From contig CAXXTB010000002.1 of the NCBI GenBank assembly GCA_963676795.2, positions 160,001-224,000 on the forward strand: a DNA stretch of 64,000 bases. Reading direction: 5' to 3'. Shown one piece after another: positions 1 through 10,118 of the stretch. Made by a program: the position numbers and the translations under genes. Source of the DNA: Geopsychrobacteraceae bacterium (GTDB taxonomy: Bacteria > Desulfobacterota > Desulfuromonadia > Desulfuromonadales > Geopsychrobacteraceae). The first letter of the stretch is position 1, and each line of letters begins with the position of its first letter. Under the pieces are notes generated by a model. That model ran no database searches. It worked only from the letters and a program-made list of their open reading frames with translations, and was not told the origin of the DNA.

Positions 1-552
1 GAAAACCCGACTCATCGAATTTGGTCGTTTTGCCGCCAAAAGCCGCAAGGATCGAGGCAAGGGCAAACCAGAAACCTTCGATTTTCTCGGATTTACTCAC
101 ATGTGTGGGAGGAGACGAAAAGACGGAAAGTTCATAGTGCAACGCAAAACCATCAGGACGCGGCTACGCGATAAGATCAAAGACGTTCGTACCGTCCTGA
201 AGCGCAAGCGACATCGTCCGATGGCAGAACAGGGCAGCTGGTTGCGCTGGGTCATCCAGGGCCACTTCAATTACTACGGAGTTCCTGGCAACCACAGAGT
301 ACTGAATACGTTTCGTCAACAGATCATACGTGCCTGGTTGCAGGCACTACGCAGCCGCAGCCAGAGAGGACGCAGTTTAACGTGGCGGCGTATGCGGGTC
401 TGGATAGATCGATGGATACCCCGGACAAGAGTGTGTCACCCATACCCGAATCAACGCCTCTGCGTCTGACCTGAGGCAGGAGCCCGGTGCGGTAATTCCG
501 CACGCCGGGATCTGCGCGGGGGGCGCCGGGTAACCGGCGTTCCTACCGTAAC
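1..552 (+). mobile_element. Group II intron 3' portion (resembles bacterial class E, IIB-like)
   Basis: DV is GAGCCCGGTGCGGTAATTCCGCACGCCGGGATC (480-512, AGC triad). DVI is GGGGGCGCCGGGTAACCGGCGTTCCTACCG with a bulged A at 545, 8 nt from the AC 3' end at 552. Confidence 0.9.
2..469 (+). CDS. ltrA: Group II intron reverse transcriptase/maturase, C-terminal part (5' end outside window)
   Basis: The frame from base 2 reads KTRLIEFGRFA...KPETFDFLGFTHMCG (RT6/7), then domain X (GHFNYYGVPGN...RVCHPYP). It has no endonuclease domain and is followed directly by intron DV/DVI. Confidence 0.93.
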   Translation, partial: KTRLIEFGRFAAKSRKDRGKGKPETFDFLGFTHMCGRRRKDGKFIVQRKTIRTRLRDKIKDVRTVLKRKRHRPMAEQGSWLRWVIQGHFNYYGVPGNHRVLNTFRQQIIRAWLQALRSRSQRGRSLTWRRMRVWIDRWIPRTRVCHPYPNQRLCV

Positions 553-612
553 TGCTGACTTTCCTTTGCGACCAAAGGAAAGTCAGTCGTCTGGCGGGAC
601 GAGACCCGCCGG
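553..612. repeat. REP-like palindromic element forming the intron 3' exon
   Basis: Perfect 14-bp inverted repeat CTGACTTTCCTTTG-cgac-CAAAGGAAAGTCAG (555-586), followed by hairpin GGCGGG-acgaga-CCCGCC (593-610). Confidence 0.65.
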
Positions 613-965
613 TTCGGTTTATTGGAACGAAAGGGATGAGTCTTATCTTTTGACCAGGCTCGAAGCCTTGTAGGCAAAACAGGTTTCTCACCCCTTTTAC
701 CGGGCGTCCCCGGAACTGATACTAGCTATAAGAAACAACGGCGATCAACATATAAGGAGGCAAAAACTCCCTTTAATAACTGACGAAGATTGACCCGTAC
801 TCTCTTCGTAGTTTCCAGCATGGAGCTGACAATGCGCCCGACGATGAGCTGTGCTCATCTGATGGGCAGAACCGGAAAAACTCAGCCATGCTGAGTTTTA
901 ATAAAAACCGGTTGAAACAAACTCCGATTTTGTCGGCAGTTGTACAAACAAAGGGCAATATTTCA

Positions 966-1343
966 ATGAAACAACAGAAGGTTATCCATATCCCCAGCCG
1001 GGAGGTTCCGCGGCTACTTCAACAGGGGGCGACGCTGGTCGATGTCCGGCGGCCTGAAGAGTGGAAGTTGACCGGCGTCGTTGAGGACAGTATCCTGCTG
1101 ACGTTTTTTGACAGCGCCGGGGGTAGCCAGCCCGAGGAGTGGCTGCGCCAGATCGATGCCAGGATTTCCGTATCCGAGCCGCTGGTTCTGCTCTGTCGCA
1201 CGGGACACCGGACGGGGCTGATCAGCGATTTCCTCGCCCAAACGACACAACGTGACATTATATACAATGTCAGTGATGGCATTCTGGGCTGGCTTGCAAC
1301 CGGCCTGCCAATCAAAAAATATCCTCTCACTGAGAATGGCTAA
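966..1343 (+). CDS. Rhodanese-like domain protein
   Basis: Motifs LVDVRRPEEW, LLCRTGHRT (active-site Cys loop) and NVSDGILGW. Start placed at ATG 966. Confidence 0.88.
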   Translation: MKQQKVIHIPSREVPRLLQQGATLVDVRRPEEWKLTGVVEDSILLTFFDSAGGSQPEEWLRQIDARISVSEPLVLLCRTGHRTGLISDFLAQTTQRDIIYNVSDGILGWLATGLPIKKYPLTENG

Positions 1344-1489
1344 CCTATTCAGCTTATTACTTTGCTTGTCTAAGTTGTTGAAAAACAGTCGAAAAAAAAC
1401 ATTTCCATCAGTTGACTTTTCTGTTCCGCGCGATATTCCTTTAAATTGTCACTTCAGAATAAAGGTCCCAAAAAGACAAGGAGGTCGTT

Positions 1490-1717
1490 ATGGAATACCA
1501 CCGTGGTGACCGTGTCAGGATCCTGGGGAGGCCGGAGTGGGGTCCCGGCTATATTCAGGCTGACTGCAGGAATGGAAAAGTGAATGTCCGCTTCGCCAAC
1601 GCCGGACGCAAGGTTCTGGATATACATCACGCCAAGCTGATGAAGGTAGCTCTGCGTGATCCTGTCTGGCTGGAGCAGAGAGAAAGTTGCTGGCGGGGGC
1701 GACAACTGCTCAGTTGA
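1490..1717 (+). CDS. Small SH3-like protein (DUF3553-like)
   Basis: GDRVR...PEWGPGYIQ...VNVRFANAGRK pattern; strong AAGGAGG RBS. Confidence 0.7.
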   Translation: MEYHRGDRVRILGRPEWGPGYIQADCRNGKVNVRFANAGRKVLDIHHAKLMKVALRDPVWLEQRESCWRGRQLLS

Positions 1718-1843
1718 CACTTTCCTGGAGATCTCCGGGTTTTATTGGCGTCCGAAAGGGCGTATAATCAGAAAACCGAACAAAATTAACGGGCATGCCT
1801 GGCGATCAGGCGTGCTGTCTTTTTCTGAGCTCCGGAGAATACA

Positions 1844-2332
1844 ATGAAAAAAGCGCTAATTTGGTCAATAGTCCTGTCTTTCGCTGTTCTGACGCTTGGC
1901 TGTCAGGCAACCGGAACCTATTATCTGGGGGCCGGTGTTGAGCGCAAAGCGAGATTGCCGGTTGCTGATGCTGCTCAGTCGGCCATGCGCTGGCAGGATG
2001 ACTACGTCATCGTCGATTTCGATCTGAGCAGAGAGCCGACAGCACTGACGCTTGCCGGAACAGTGGGTTTTACTGATTTTTCGAGGATTATGTATGTCTG
2101 GGCGCATGGTTTGAAGATGCAGATGTTCTTCCTCGATGCCGATGGCAGGGTCGTCACTTATGCGGAAATTCTGCCGCAGCGGGGGCGCGATGTCAGCAGA
2201 GCTTACAAGTTCAGCCTGACCCTTCCACAGAACGTCACCTTTTCATCGGTCTTTTTCGGTTACGAGACGACATTTGTCGATGATGAAGGGTCGGGAAGTC
2301 TGGTCAAAAACTGGCCCGCTGTCGGTCAGTAG
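1844..2332 (+). CDS. Hypothetical lipoprotein
   Basis: MKK plus a hydrophobic stretch and lipobox LTLGC; GGAG RBS; terminator follows. Confidence 0.7.
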   Translation: MKKALIWSIVLSFAVLTLGCQATGTYYLGAGVERKARLPVADAAQSAMRWQDDYVIVDFDLSREPTALTLAGTVGFTDFSRIMYVWAHGLKMQMFFLDADGRVVTYAEILPQRGRDVSRAYKFSLTLPQNVTFSSVFFGYETTFVDDEGSGSLVKNWPAVGQ

Positions 2333-2349
2333 TGAGCGAGAAGCACAGT

Positions 2350-2382
2350 AAAAAAGGCGGCCCCGTTGGGACCGCCTTTTTT
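2350..2382 (+). terminator. Intrinsic terminator (possibly bidirectional)
   Basis: AAAAAAGGCGG...CCGCCTTTTTT inverted repeat. Confidence 0.8.
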
Positions 2383-2513
2383 GCGTCCAGCCGAGTCCGC
2401 CGCGGGTTCGGCTGCATTGCGTCGTGCTTTGAAAAATACTATTCACATGCTAGTATCCCAGTCTTTTCTGCGTCCTGAAAAGGAAGCGCAGATCTTCAAC
2501 AGGGAGAACCTCT

Positions 2514-4811
2514 ATGGCTATTTTTGATGTTGCCCGGCAGCTCGTAGAAGAAACCGGTCTGAAAGCGTTTCAGATTTCCCAGACCGTTGCGTTGCTGGAA
2601 GAAGGAGCGACGGTTCCTTTTATCGCCCGTTATCGTAAAGAAGCGACGGGTGAACTTGATGAAGTTCAGGTCAGGCAGCTTGAAGAACGCCTGAATTACT
2701 ATAAAGAGTTGCAGGACCGTCAGCAGGCGATTCTCAAATCGATCGACGAGCAGGGCAAGCTGACCGCTGACCTGCGGGCCAAAATTGAAGCCTGTCGGCA
2801 GAAGAACGAGCTTGAAGATCTCTATCTGCCCTATAAGCCGAAACGCCGGACCAAAGCGACAATGGCCCGTGAGCAGGGACTGGAGCCTCTGGCCACTGCG
2901 ATTCTCGAGGCGCGTGGCTCTGTGGTGGCGCTTGAGATCCTGGCTGAGGCCTATATCGATATCGAGAAGGGGGTTGAAGATAGCGCGGCGGCCCTGAGCG
3001 GAGCCGGCTTTATTCTCGCTGAAACTTTTGCCGAGAATGCCGCCTGCCGGACCATCGTCCGCGACCAGACCTGGGAGCATGGCCTGTTCCGTTCTCAGCC
3101 TGCGCGTGGCAAGGAAGGAACAGTCAGCAAGTACGAGATGTACTACGATTTCAGCGAGGCGCTCAAAGAGATCCCTTCTCACCGGATGCTGGCCATGCGT
3201 CGCGGTGAAAAGGAGGAGATCCTGCGGCTTGTTGTTGATGCCCCCGAAGAAGAGATCCTGCGCCGTCTGCAGCACTTGCTGGTTCCCGCCCAGCATCCTT
3301 ACGCGAATTGGCTGGCCAGCGTTATCGCCGATGCCTATGCCCGGCTGCTGTTCCCTTCGATCGAGGTTGAGCTGCGCCTGAAGGCCAAGACCGCCGCCGA
3401 TGAAGAGGCGATCCGGGTGTTCGCCGAAAATCTGCGTAACCTGCTGCTTGCCGCACCGGCCGGCAGCCGCCGGGTGCTGGGCATCGATCCGGGCTTGCGC
3501 ACCGGCTCCAAGCTGGCCGCCGTCGACCAGACCGGCAAGTTTCTCGAGCATGTCACCATCTATCCGCATACCGGCAGCAACAAGATCGAACCGGCCCAGA
3601 AAGAGCTGTTGCGTCTGGTCGTAAGCCATCAGATCGAGATGGTTGCCATCGGCAACGGTACCGCTGGGCGCGAGATGGACCAGTTTGTTCGCCAGTGTTT
3701 CAGGGATGCCGACATCAAGCTGCCGGTTGTCATGGTCAGTGAAGCCGGTGCCAGTGTCTATTCTGCTTCGGATATTGCCCGCGAGGAATTTCCTGATCTC
3801 GATCTGACCGTGCGTGGCGCCATTTCTATTGCTCGGCGCCTGCAGGATCCGCTGGCCGAGCTGGTCAAGGTCGATCCGAAGAGTATTGGCGTCGGCCAGT
3901 ATCAACATGATGTCAACCAGACCCTGCTCAAAAAAGCGCTTGATGATGTCGTCGAATCCTGCGTCAACTATGTCGGTGTCGATCTGAACACGGCCAGCTG
4001 GGCACTTTTGAGTTTTGTCTCCGGGATCAGCGAATCTCTGGCCAAGGCGATTGTCCGTCAGCGCGATGCCAAAGGGCTGTTTACCCGGCGTGAACAGCTG
4101 CTCGATGTCGCCCGTTTCGGACCCAAGGCGTTTGAGCAATCTGCCGGTTTTCTGCGCATCCGCCAGGGGGAGCAGCCGCTCGATAATACGGCCGTTCACC
4201 CGGAACGTTACGCCCTGGTCAAGACCATGGCTGGCGATAGCGGTGTCACTCTTGAGACATTGATTGCCGAACCGGCCCTGCTCGACAGGATCGATCTCAA
4301 GAAATATCTATCCGGCGATGTCGGTCTGCCGACCTTGAAGGATATCATCGCCGAATTGAAGAAGCCGGGGCGCGACCCGCGCCAGAGCTTCGTCACTACC
4401 AGCTTCCGTGAAGATGTCATGGAGATCAGGGATCTGAAAGCGGGGATGAGTCTCAACGGCGTGGTCACCAATGTCGCTGCCTTCGGAGCCTTTGTCGATA
4501 TCGGCGTGCATCAGGACGGACTGGTTCATGTCAGCCAGCTTGCCGATCGTTTTATCAGGGATCCAAATGAGGTGGTCAAGGTTGGTCAGCAGGTTCAGGT
4601 GCGGGTGCTCGAGGTTGACGAACAGCGCAAGCGGATTTCTTTGACCATGCGTAGTGATTCTACTGAGTCTGCTGGAAATTTCAAAAAAGGCTCAGATGTG
4701 AAAAATATGAACAAGGGAAATAAGTCGAACAAGAAGGTTGATGAAAAAAAGAATGGGATCTCTGATTTGGCCCTTGCTCTACAAAAATCCGGTTTCAAGG
4801 TGAAGTCCTGA
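2514..4811 (+). CDS. tex: Tex family transcription accessory protein (YqgF, HhH and S1 domains)
   Basis: EGATVPFIARYRKEATG, LEDLYLPYKPKRRTKA, GIDPGLRTG, C-terminal S1 FGAFVDIGVHQDGLVHVS. Confidence 0.96.
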   Translation: MAIFDVARQLVEETGLKAFQISQTVALLEEGATVPFIARYRKEATGELDEVQVRQLEERLNYYKELQDRQQAILKSIDEQGKLTADLRAKIEACRQKNELEDLYLPYKPKRRTKATMAREQGLEPLATAILEARGSVVALEILAEAYIDIEKGVEDSAAALSGAGFILAETFAENAACRTIVRDQTWEHGLFRSQPARGKEGTVSKYEMYYDFSEALKEIPSHRMLAMRRGEKEEILRLVVDAPEEEILRRLQHLLVPAQHPYANWLASVIADAYARLLFPSIEVELRLKAKTAADEEAIRVFAENLRNLLLAAPAGSRRVLGIDPGLRTGSKLAAVDQTGKFLEHVTIYPHTGSNKIEPAQKELLRLVVSHQIEMVAIGNGTAGREMDQFVRQCFRDADIKLPVVMVSEAGASVYSASDIAREEFPDLDLTVRGAISIARRLQDPLAELVKVDPKSIGVGQYQHDVNQTLLKKALDDVVESCVNYVGVDLNTASWALLSFVSGISESLAKAIVRQRDAKGLFTRREQLLDVARFGPKAFEQSAGFLRIRQGEQPLDNTAVHPERYALVKTMAGDSGVTLETLIAEPALLDRIDLKKYLSGDVGLPTLKDIIAELKKPGRDPRQSFVTTSFREDVMEIRDLKAGMSLNGVVTNVAAFGAFVDIGVHQDGLVHVSQLADRFIRDPNEVVKVGQQVQVRVLEVDEQRKRISLTMRSDSTESAGNFKKGSDVKNMNKGNKSNKKVDEKKNGISDLALALQKSGFKVKS

Positions 4812-4860
4812 TCCTTCCCTGGCAGGGGGGATGTTGTCGTGCGAAGTAATTTGCCCTTTT

Positions 4861-4900
4861 GCCTGCTGATTCCTGTTTCGTGATCAGCAGGCTTCTTCTT
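4861..4900 (+). terminator. Probable terminator after tex
   Basis: 10-bp inverted repeat GCCTGCTGAT/ATCAGCAGGC followed by a T-rich tract. Confidence 0.55.
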
Positions 4901-5242
4901 CTCTGTGATCCATGAAGGCTGATCGATCTTTTGTGCAGGCCCTTGAATTGGCGATAAATGCACATAAAATATGTTTGTTCTTGAATAATGTTGGTGACTT
5001 CCGGCCATATCATTGTCTTTGGCCGTGTTTCGTTGTTGGTTTTTGGCAACAGTGCAGATTAGCCCTTTTCATTCAGGAATCGGACAGGTACACTTGCATT
5101 CTGCCCATGGTTTGGTTATGAAATGACCTGTAAATTTTTCTATGGGATTCTGTCTGTAACATCATCTGTATCTGTCATGGACTAATATTCAGGGATGGCC
5201 GGGGAGGGCTTCATGTCTGAGGGTAAATGGGGAGGTAAAGGC

Positions 5243-5677
5243 ATGGATGGTAAAAAGTCGACATCCAGAAAAAAACACAGGTCCGAAAAGGACCTTAAAA
5301 AATTCAAGGTGATTGACGGACGGCGGGAAGTGCAGTCTGAAGCAAAGCCCGAGCACGTAGAAAAGGAAAAAAAGGTGACTTCTGAAACAGCATCTGCAGT
5401 ACGTACCGGTAATCGACAAATGAACATCAGCTTCATCAAGGCAGGGATCGGCTTTGGTCTCGTCGCTCTGGTGATGTCTTTCATCATGCAGGATTTCCGT
5501 GAGCATTTTGTCGTGATCGGCATCTGTGCCGGTGTTCTGGTCTATGTTGCCCTGCATCTGGTCAATTTTGTCCTCGAATCGAGGCAGGTGGCCCTGAAAA
5601 TCGGTCTTTTCGTCGTGTCGGCATTATTGCTTGCGGCACTGCTTTACACCTTCATCATGAGTGTCAAGCCTGGATGA
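5243..5677 (+). CDS. Hypothetical membrane protein (charged N-terminus, about 3 TM helices)
   Basis: GGAGG RBS before ATG 5243; hydrophobic C-terminal segments. Confidence 0.65.
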   Translation: MDGKKSTSRKKHRSEKDLKKFKVIDGRREVQSEAKPEHVEKEKKVTSETASAVRTGNRQMNISFIKAGIGFGLVALVMSFIMQDFREHFVVIGICAGVLVYVALHLVNFVLESRQVALKIGLFVVSALLLAALLYTFIMSVKPG

Positions 5678-5706
5678 CGGCTGCTTTGAAAAGATAAAGA
5701 GAATGT

Positions 5707-5741
5707 GAGCCCGGTTCGGAAGAGTCGGGCTCGTTTTGTTT
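5707..5741 (+). terminator. Probable intrinsic terminator
   Basis: GAGCCCG...CGGGCTC followed by GTTTTGTTT. Confidence 0.55.
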
Positions 5742-5787
5742 CAAAAAGGATCTGGGCAGGCCGGGGCGCCTGCCGGTAAGGAGAGCT

Positions 5788-6330
5788 ATGTTCATTGAAT
5801 TAGCAAGGAAACGCAGAAGTGTCAGAGCCTTCACGGACCAACCGGTTGAAGAGGAACAGCTGGCCCGCATTGTTGAGGCGGCATTACGTTCGCCATCGGG
5901 GCGTTCCAAGCGTCCCTATCACCTGCTGGTTGTCACCGACAGGGCTCTGATCGATCAGATGGTTCAGGCCAAAACCCACGGAGGACTGTTTTTGGCGACA
6001 GCGACAGCGGCCATTGTCGTTTGTGGCGATCCGACCATTTCAGATATGTGGATCGAGGACTCAACCATTGCCGCTGTGACCATGCAGTACGCGGCAACGG
6101 ACCTGGGGCTGGGCAGCTGCTGGGCGCAGATCCGGGCGCGCAACCACAGTGATGACTTAAGTGCCGGAGAATATCTGAATCAGCTCCTTGCACTGCCGGA
6201 GCATTTCGAGGTCGAATGTGTGCTGGGGATTGGCTGCCCTGCCCAGCAGACCCGTCCGTTGGAGGATGACGCCTTAAGGTATGACAGAGTCAGCCTGAAT
6301 AGCTATATGACCCCATTCAAGGTTTCCTGA
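5788..6330 (+). CDS. Nitroreductase family protein
   Basis: RRSVRAF, ALRSPSG and LGLGSCW motifs. Confidence 0.93.
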   Translation: MFIELARKRRSVRAFTDQPVEEEQLARIVEAALRSPSGRSKRPYHLLVVTDRALIDQMVQAKTHGGLFLATATAAIVVCGDPTISDMWIEDSTIAAVTMQYAATDLGLGSCWAQIRARNHSDDLSAGEYLNQLLALPEHFEVECVLGIGCPAQQTRPLEDDALRYDRVSLNSYMTPFKVS

Positions 6331-6332
6331 AA

Positions 6333-7700
6333 TTAACTGCTTTGAGCGGCCTTGTCGCTGAGAATGACAAGGATTCTCTGGCGCCACTGGCGAGGGTGGT
6401 GTAACTGTTTCAGGGCGCCCACCATGCAGCTGAGGTCCTCGGCCGAGAGGGGGATTTCCTGAAAGTGTTTTTGGCGGTAGCCGTGATGAATTCGCTCGAT
6501 TGCCGGCTGCAGTTCGGCAAACAATGAACCCAGGCGGCGACAATATTGGTGTGGGGTTTCAGCCTGGCGCGGCGGAACCCCGCTGCGCGTGCCCCAGAGA
6601 ATCAGGCGTCTGAAACAATCTTCACTGGTGTAGCTTTTGCGCCGCAAAAAATTGTAGGCGCTTCTGAACAGCAGCGCGATAACCTTGAGCAGCCGAACTG
6701 GTATCCGGATAAACCCGGAACGCTGAAGTTGTGGTCTGGCGTTTGAGCCTTTTGCCCAGAGCAGGCGCAGCAGCGTGGCCAGAATCAGGCCGAGAAAAAA
6801 CAGGCCGACGAGAATGAGGACCGCGGCGAACAGATACTGGGCGACGCTGAAATGGTGGAACAGATCGGGGCGGAGCACTGTCTCAAGAGCAGGGTCCGCT
6901 GATTTCGCTTGGGACGGAAGCTTGCCCAGTCCCGCGGGGCTGTAGCTGAAGATTGCATGGAGAACCGCCTCTAGAGGTTTCAGCAGCACGGAACCGGATG
7001 TGCCGATCCCCTCGATCGTTGTTTTGGTGATTCGGCTGATTTGCGGATAGAGCAGGGTGACGATGGCCAGGATTCCGCAGAACAGCGCCGTTGAACTGAG
7101 CCAGAACAGCAGCCCCCTTCTTACCGTCGTGCCGATTCGTTGCGCTGAGGCCTGGTGGCTCTCTGCAAGGGTTATGGCTCCCAGAATGAAAAAGCAGAGA
7201 TAGGGCAATGGGCCCGGAACAGCAAGCTGTAAACCTTCTTTGTAGCTGAGCCAGAGTTTGCTTAAAGCGAGCAGAAAGAGCCAGAAGGCTCCCCGGTCAA
7301 AGATTCTGCAGATCCTGAAATAACTGGTTTCCTTGAGTGGTAGCTGGGCGCCGAGAGTCATGAAGAGCAAACTTAAGACGATGAACAGGACCAGCTGATA
7401 CCAGCTTCCCACGGAATGCGGTTGACGCAGTGCCGCCTGCCAGTTCAACAGCGCGTAGAGGATGACAGCGCCAAGCGGTATCTGCAGCAGCAGAATCCAG
7501 AAAATGCGCAGGCGACGTTCGGTCGCAATGAGCGATAGCAACATCGGCAGGATATAGGCGATGAGGCCGCTTAAGAAGGAGTAGTTACCGCCCTGTCCCG
7601 CCGAGATCAGGTAGCTGCTCCAGGCTTGAAGCCAGCACAGGTTCATACCCGCACAGAGGATCAGCCGGAGCAACGACTGTGGCGTGGTTATTCCAGGCAT
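6333..7700 (-). CDS. Polytopic membrane protein with C-terminal DUF4129-like domain
   Basis: Multiple TM segments; C-terminal G.PPRQAETPHQY motif; third gene of the MoxR/DUF58 operon. Confidence 0.65.
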   Translation of the reverse strand: MPGITTPQSLLRLILCAGMNLCWLQAWSSYLISAGQGGNYSFLSGLIAYILPMLLSLIATERRLRIFWILLLQIPLGAVILYALLNWQAALRQPHSVGSWYQLVLFIVLSLLFMTLGAQLPLKETSYFRICRIFDRGAFWLFLLALSKLWLSYKEGLQLAVPGPLPYLCFFILGAITLAESHQASAQRIGTTVRRGLLFWLSSTALFCGILAIVTLLYPQISRITKTTIEGIGTSGSVLLKPLEAVLHAIFSYSPAGLGKLPSQAKSADPALETVLRPDLFHHFSVAQYLFAAVLILVGLFFLGLILATLLRLLWAKGSNARPQLQRSGFIRIPVRLLKVIALLFRSAYNFLRRKSYTSEDCFRRLILWGTRSGVPPRQAETPHQYCRRLGSLFAELQPAIERIHHGYRQKHFQEIPLSAEDLSCMVGALKQLHHPRQWRQRILVILSDKAAQSS

Positions 7701-8872
7701 AGGTTCTCCAGTGGGATCACGCGCAGATCGTTGACGGTCTCAGTGCTCGTCAGCGCCGGAACCAGGGTGATCGACATTCTTCTGGTTTTCAGCAATTTCA
7801 GCGCAGCACCAGTTTGCGGCTGATGCTGTGAAAGACAGAGGAGCAGGATCTGCGCCCCGCTGAGCTGGTGCATACAGCGACCAAGCAGGGCCCCCAGAGT
7901 GGGGCCCGTCTCAGCCGTGTGTCTGGCCAGCAGCTCAAACATGTTTGTCAGGTCGGGATGGCTGTCGGGCGGGACAAGAGCCTCTGGTGCACCGATCATC
8001 CTGCCGTTGCTGACCAGGCCGAGCTGGTGTCCCTGTTGGGAAAAATGATGAATCAGGCTGGCCGATAGTCCCAGCATCCGTTCAAAGGAGGCGTTCATCT
8101 CTTCACTGGCGAAACCTTCCACGTCGATCACCAGCAGGACCTTGCCCATACTGGCCGGTTCGCAGACCTTTTCACTGAGCCGGTTGAGCCGCGCGCTGAC
8201 TTTCCAGTTGATTCTTCTGGCCGGCGATTCGCCGCGGTATTCCCGGCTGCCGCTGACATAGATCGGATCCTCTACCGGGCTGCGCCAGCCCGGGCGGCCG
8301 AAGAACAGGCGCTCACTGATCGCCGGTGCTGCCAGGGGGACCAGGGACGGGAAAACAATAATCTCGGCGCTGATGACCTGCTTCTTGATGTGGGGGTAGA
8401 AGCCGAACGGGTCGGCCGTCAGCAGAGATGTGTCGGAAAAGGAATAGACTCCGCGACGTAACACGGGGAAATGACACCGGGTCGAAAGCTTCTGCAGGCC
8501 CGATAGCCAGAATTGTTGCGAATCCTGTTCGCTGCTACCCTGGTGAAGAGCGTTGAGACGGCTGTCGACTCTCAGCCACAGTGGAAGCAGGCCGCTGTTC
8601 CGTCCGCTGACGACAAGTTCGATCTTTTCACCGGCAAAGACCCTTGATGAAGCGACTGAGCAACAGATGTCCAGTTTCCGGCTGACGCGTTTGCTCCACA
8701 GGGAAGCACTGACAAACAGCAGCAGGCCCAGAGCGCAGAAAAGGGTCAGCTCTGCCGATCTGCAGGCCAGGGCCAGCAGCAGGAAAAACAGGGTGAAGAC
8801 CAGCAGCAGGCGCGAAGCGAAAAGCGACGTGCTGTGCTGCTGGACCAGGGTTGCTTCACTCATGGGGATCAA
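7688..8872 (-). CDS. DUF58 domain protein
   Basis: RRGVY...DPFG, REYRGESPARRINWKVSAR; adjacent to MoxR. Confidence 0.88.
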   Translation of the reverse strand: MIPMSEATLVQQHSTSLFASRLLLVFTLFFLLLALACRSAELTLFCALGLLLFVSASLWSKRVSRKLDICCSVASSRVFAGEKIELVVSGRNSGLLPLWLRVDSRLNALHQGSSEQDSQQFWLSGLQKLSTRCHFPVLRRGVYSFSDTSLLTADPFGFYPHIKKQVISAEIIVFPSLVPLAAPAISERLFFGRPGWRSPVEDPIYVSGSREYRGESPARRINWKVSARLNRLSEKVCEPASMGKVLLVIDVEGFASEEMNASFERMLGLSASLIHHFSQQGHQLGLVSNGRMIGAPEALVPPDSHPDLTNMFELLARHTAETGPTLGALLGRCMHQLSGAQILLLCLSQHQPQTGAALKLLKTRRMSITLVPALTSTETVNDLRVIPLENLCLE

Positions 8873-9807
8873 CCGGGCATGCCCGGAACCTTAACTGTGC
8901 CGGCCAGTTCTGAAAGCAGATCGTTGATCTGAATGCCTTTGATCTTGGCCTGATCGTGAAGGACGATTCTGTGGCCGAGGACCGGAATGAGCAGTTCCTG
9001 AATATCATCGGGAATGACATAGCTGCGCCCTTCCACCGCGGCCAGTGCCTGGCAGGCTCTCATCAGGGCCATTGAGGCCCGCGGGCTGGCACCGAAACGG
9101 ATCTGGGTGTGGTTACGGGTGGCCTGGACAATCTCGGCCAGGTACTCTTTGATCGCTTGTGAGACGATCACCTTTTTGCGCAGTTGCTGCAGGTCATGAA
9201 CTTCAGCAGGGCTGGTGATAGCCGAGAGCTGCTCGAGGGGGTTCTGCGCTTCGAAACGTTCAAGGATGGCGACCTCTTCCTGAAGGGTTGGGTAGCCTAG
9301 CTCGATCTTCATCAGGAACCGGTCGAGCTGGGCTTCCGGCAGAGGAAATGTTCCTTCCAGCTCAACCGGGTTCTGGGTGGCGATAACAAAGAAGGGCTGA
9401 GGCAGCTTGTAGGTGACCCGGTCGACGGTGACCTGGCGCTCTTCCATGCTTTCCAGCAGGCTCGACTGGGTTCTTGGGACCGTCCGGTTGATTTCGTCGG
9501 CGAGCAGGATGTTGGTCATCACCGGTCCCTGCTGGAAACGGAACTGCCCTTCGTTTTGCAGATAGATATTAAAACCGGTGATATCGGATGGCAGCAGGTC
9601 GGGGGTAAACTGAATGCGCTGGTAAGTACCGCCGATCGACAGGGCCAGGGCATGGGCGAGCATGGTTTTGCCGACGCCTGGGACATCTTCCAGCAGGACA
9701 TGGCCATCGGCGAGCAGGGCAACGACGATCTGTTTGATCGTCTGTTGTTTGCCGACTATAACGCGCGAGATGTTGTCCATGATGCGCGTGCAGGTCGAAA
9801 AATCCAC
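8869..9807 (-). CDS. moxR: MoxR family AAA+ ATPase
   Basis: HVLLEDVPGVGKT, RIQFTPDLLPSDITG, DEINR, ATQNP, LPEAQLDRF. GTG start after AAGGAG. Confidence 0.95.
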   Translation of the reverse strand: MDFSTCTRIMDNISRVIVGKQQTIKQIVVALLADGHVLLEDVPGVGKTMLAHALALSIGGTYQRIQFTPDLLPSDITGFNIYLQNEGQFRFQQGPVMTNILLADEINRTVPRTQSSLLESMEERQVTVDRVTYKLPQPFFVIATQNPVELEGTFPLPEAQLDRFLMKIELGYPTLQEEVAILERFEAQNPLEQLSAITSPAEVHDLQQLRKKVIVSQAIKEYLAEIVQATRNHTQIRFGASPRASMALMRACQALAAVEGRSYVIPDDIQELLIPVLGHRIVLHDQAKIKGIQINDLLSELAGTVKVPGMPG

Positions 9808-9965
9808 AAATAGCTCCTTTGACTCCCCCTCATGAGATGAACAAAGACGTCTCAATATATACCCAGAAAGTGTGTTTGGCTATTCGTGTTTACACTTCTT
9901 AACAATAAATCTAAGGACGGGAATGAGACGTTTTTTCTAAGCAGAGAGAGCGGTTTATTCCTATC

Positions 9966-9986
9966 TGTGGATAACTCTGTTGATAG
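9966..9986. promoter_or_regulatory. DnaA-box pair
   Basis: Perfect TGTGGATAA (9966-9974) and degenerate TGTTGATAG 3 bp downstream. Confidence 0.4.
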
Positions 9987-10118
9987 ACGATATTTATCCC
10001 CTTTTGGCGTTTATTTCAGTGGAAAACTTCTCAGGGATTGTCGTTCAGGGTCTCTGTCTGTTCTTCATTGATTGTTGAGAAAGATCGGAGCAGAAGCTGT
10101 CGTTGGTGTACCAGAGGG

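Noticed and set aside
9860..10110. Replication origin
   Set aside because: Only one perfect DnaA box, and no dnaA, dnaN or gidA context.
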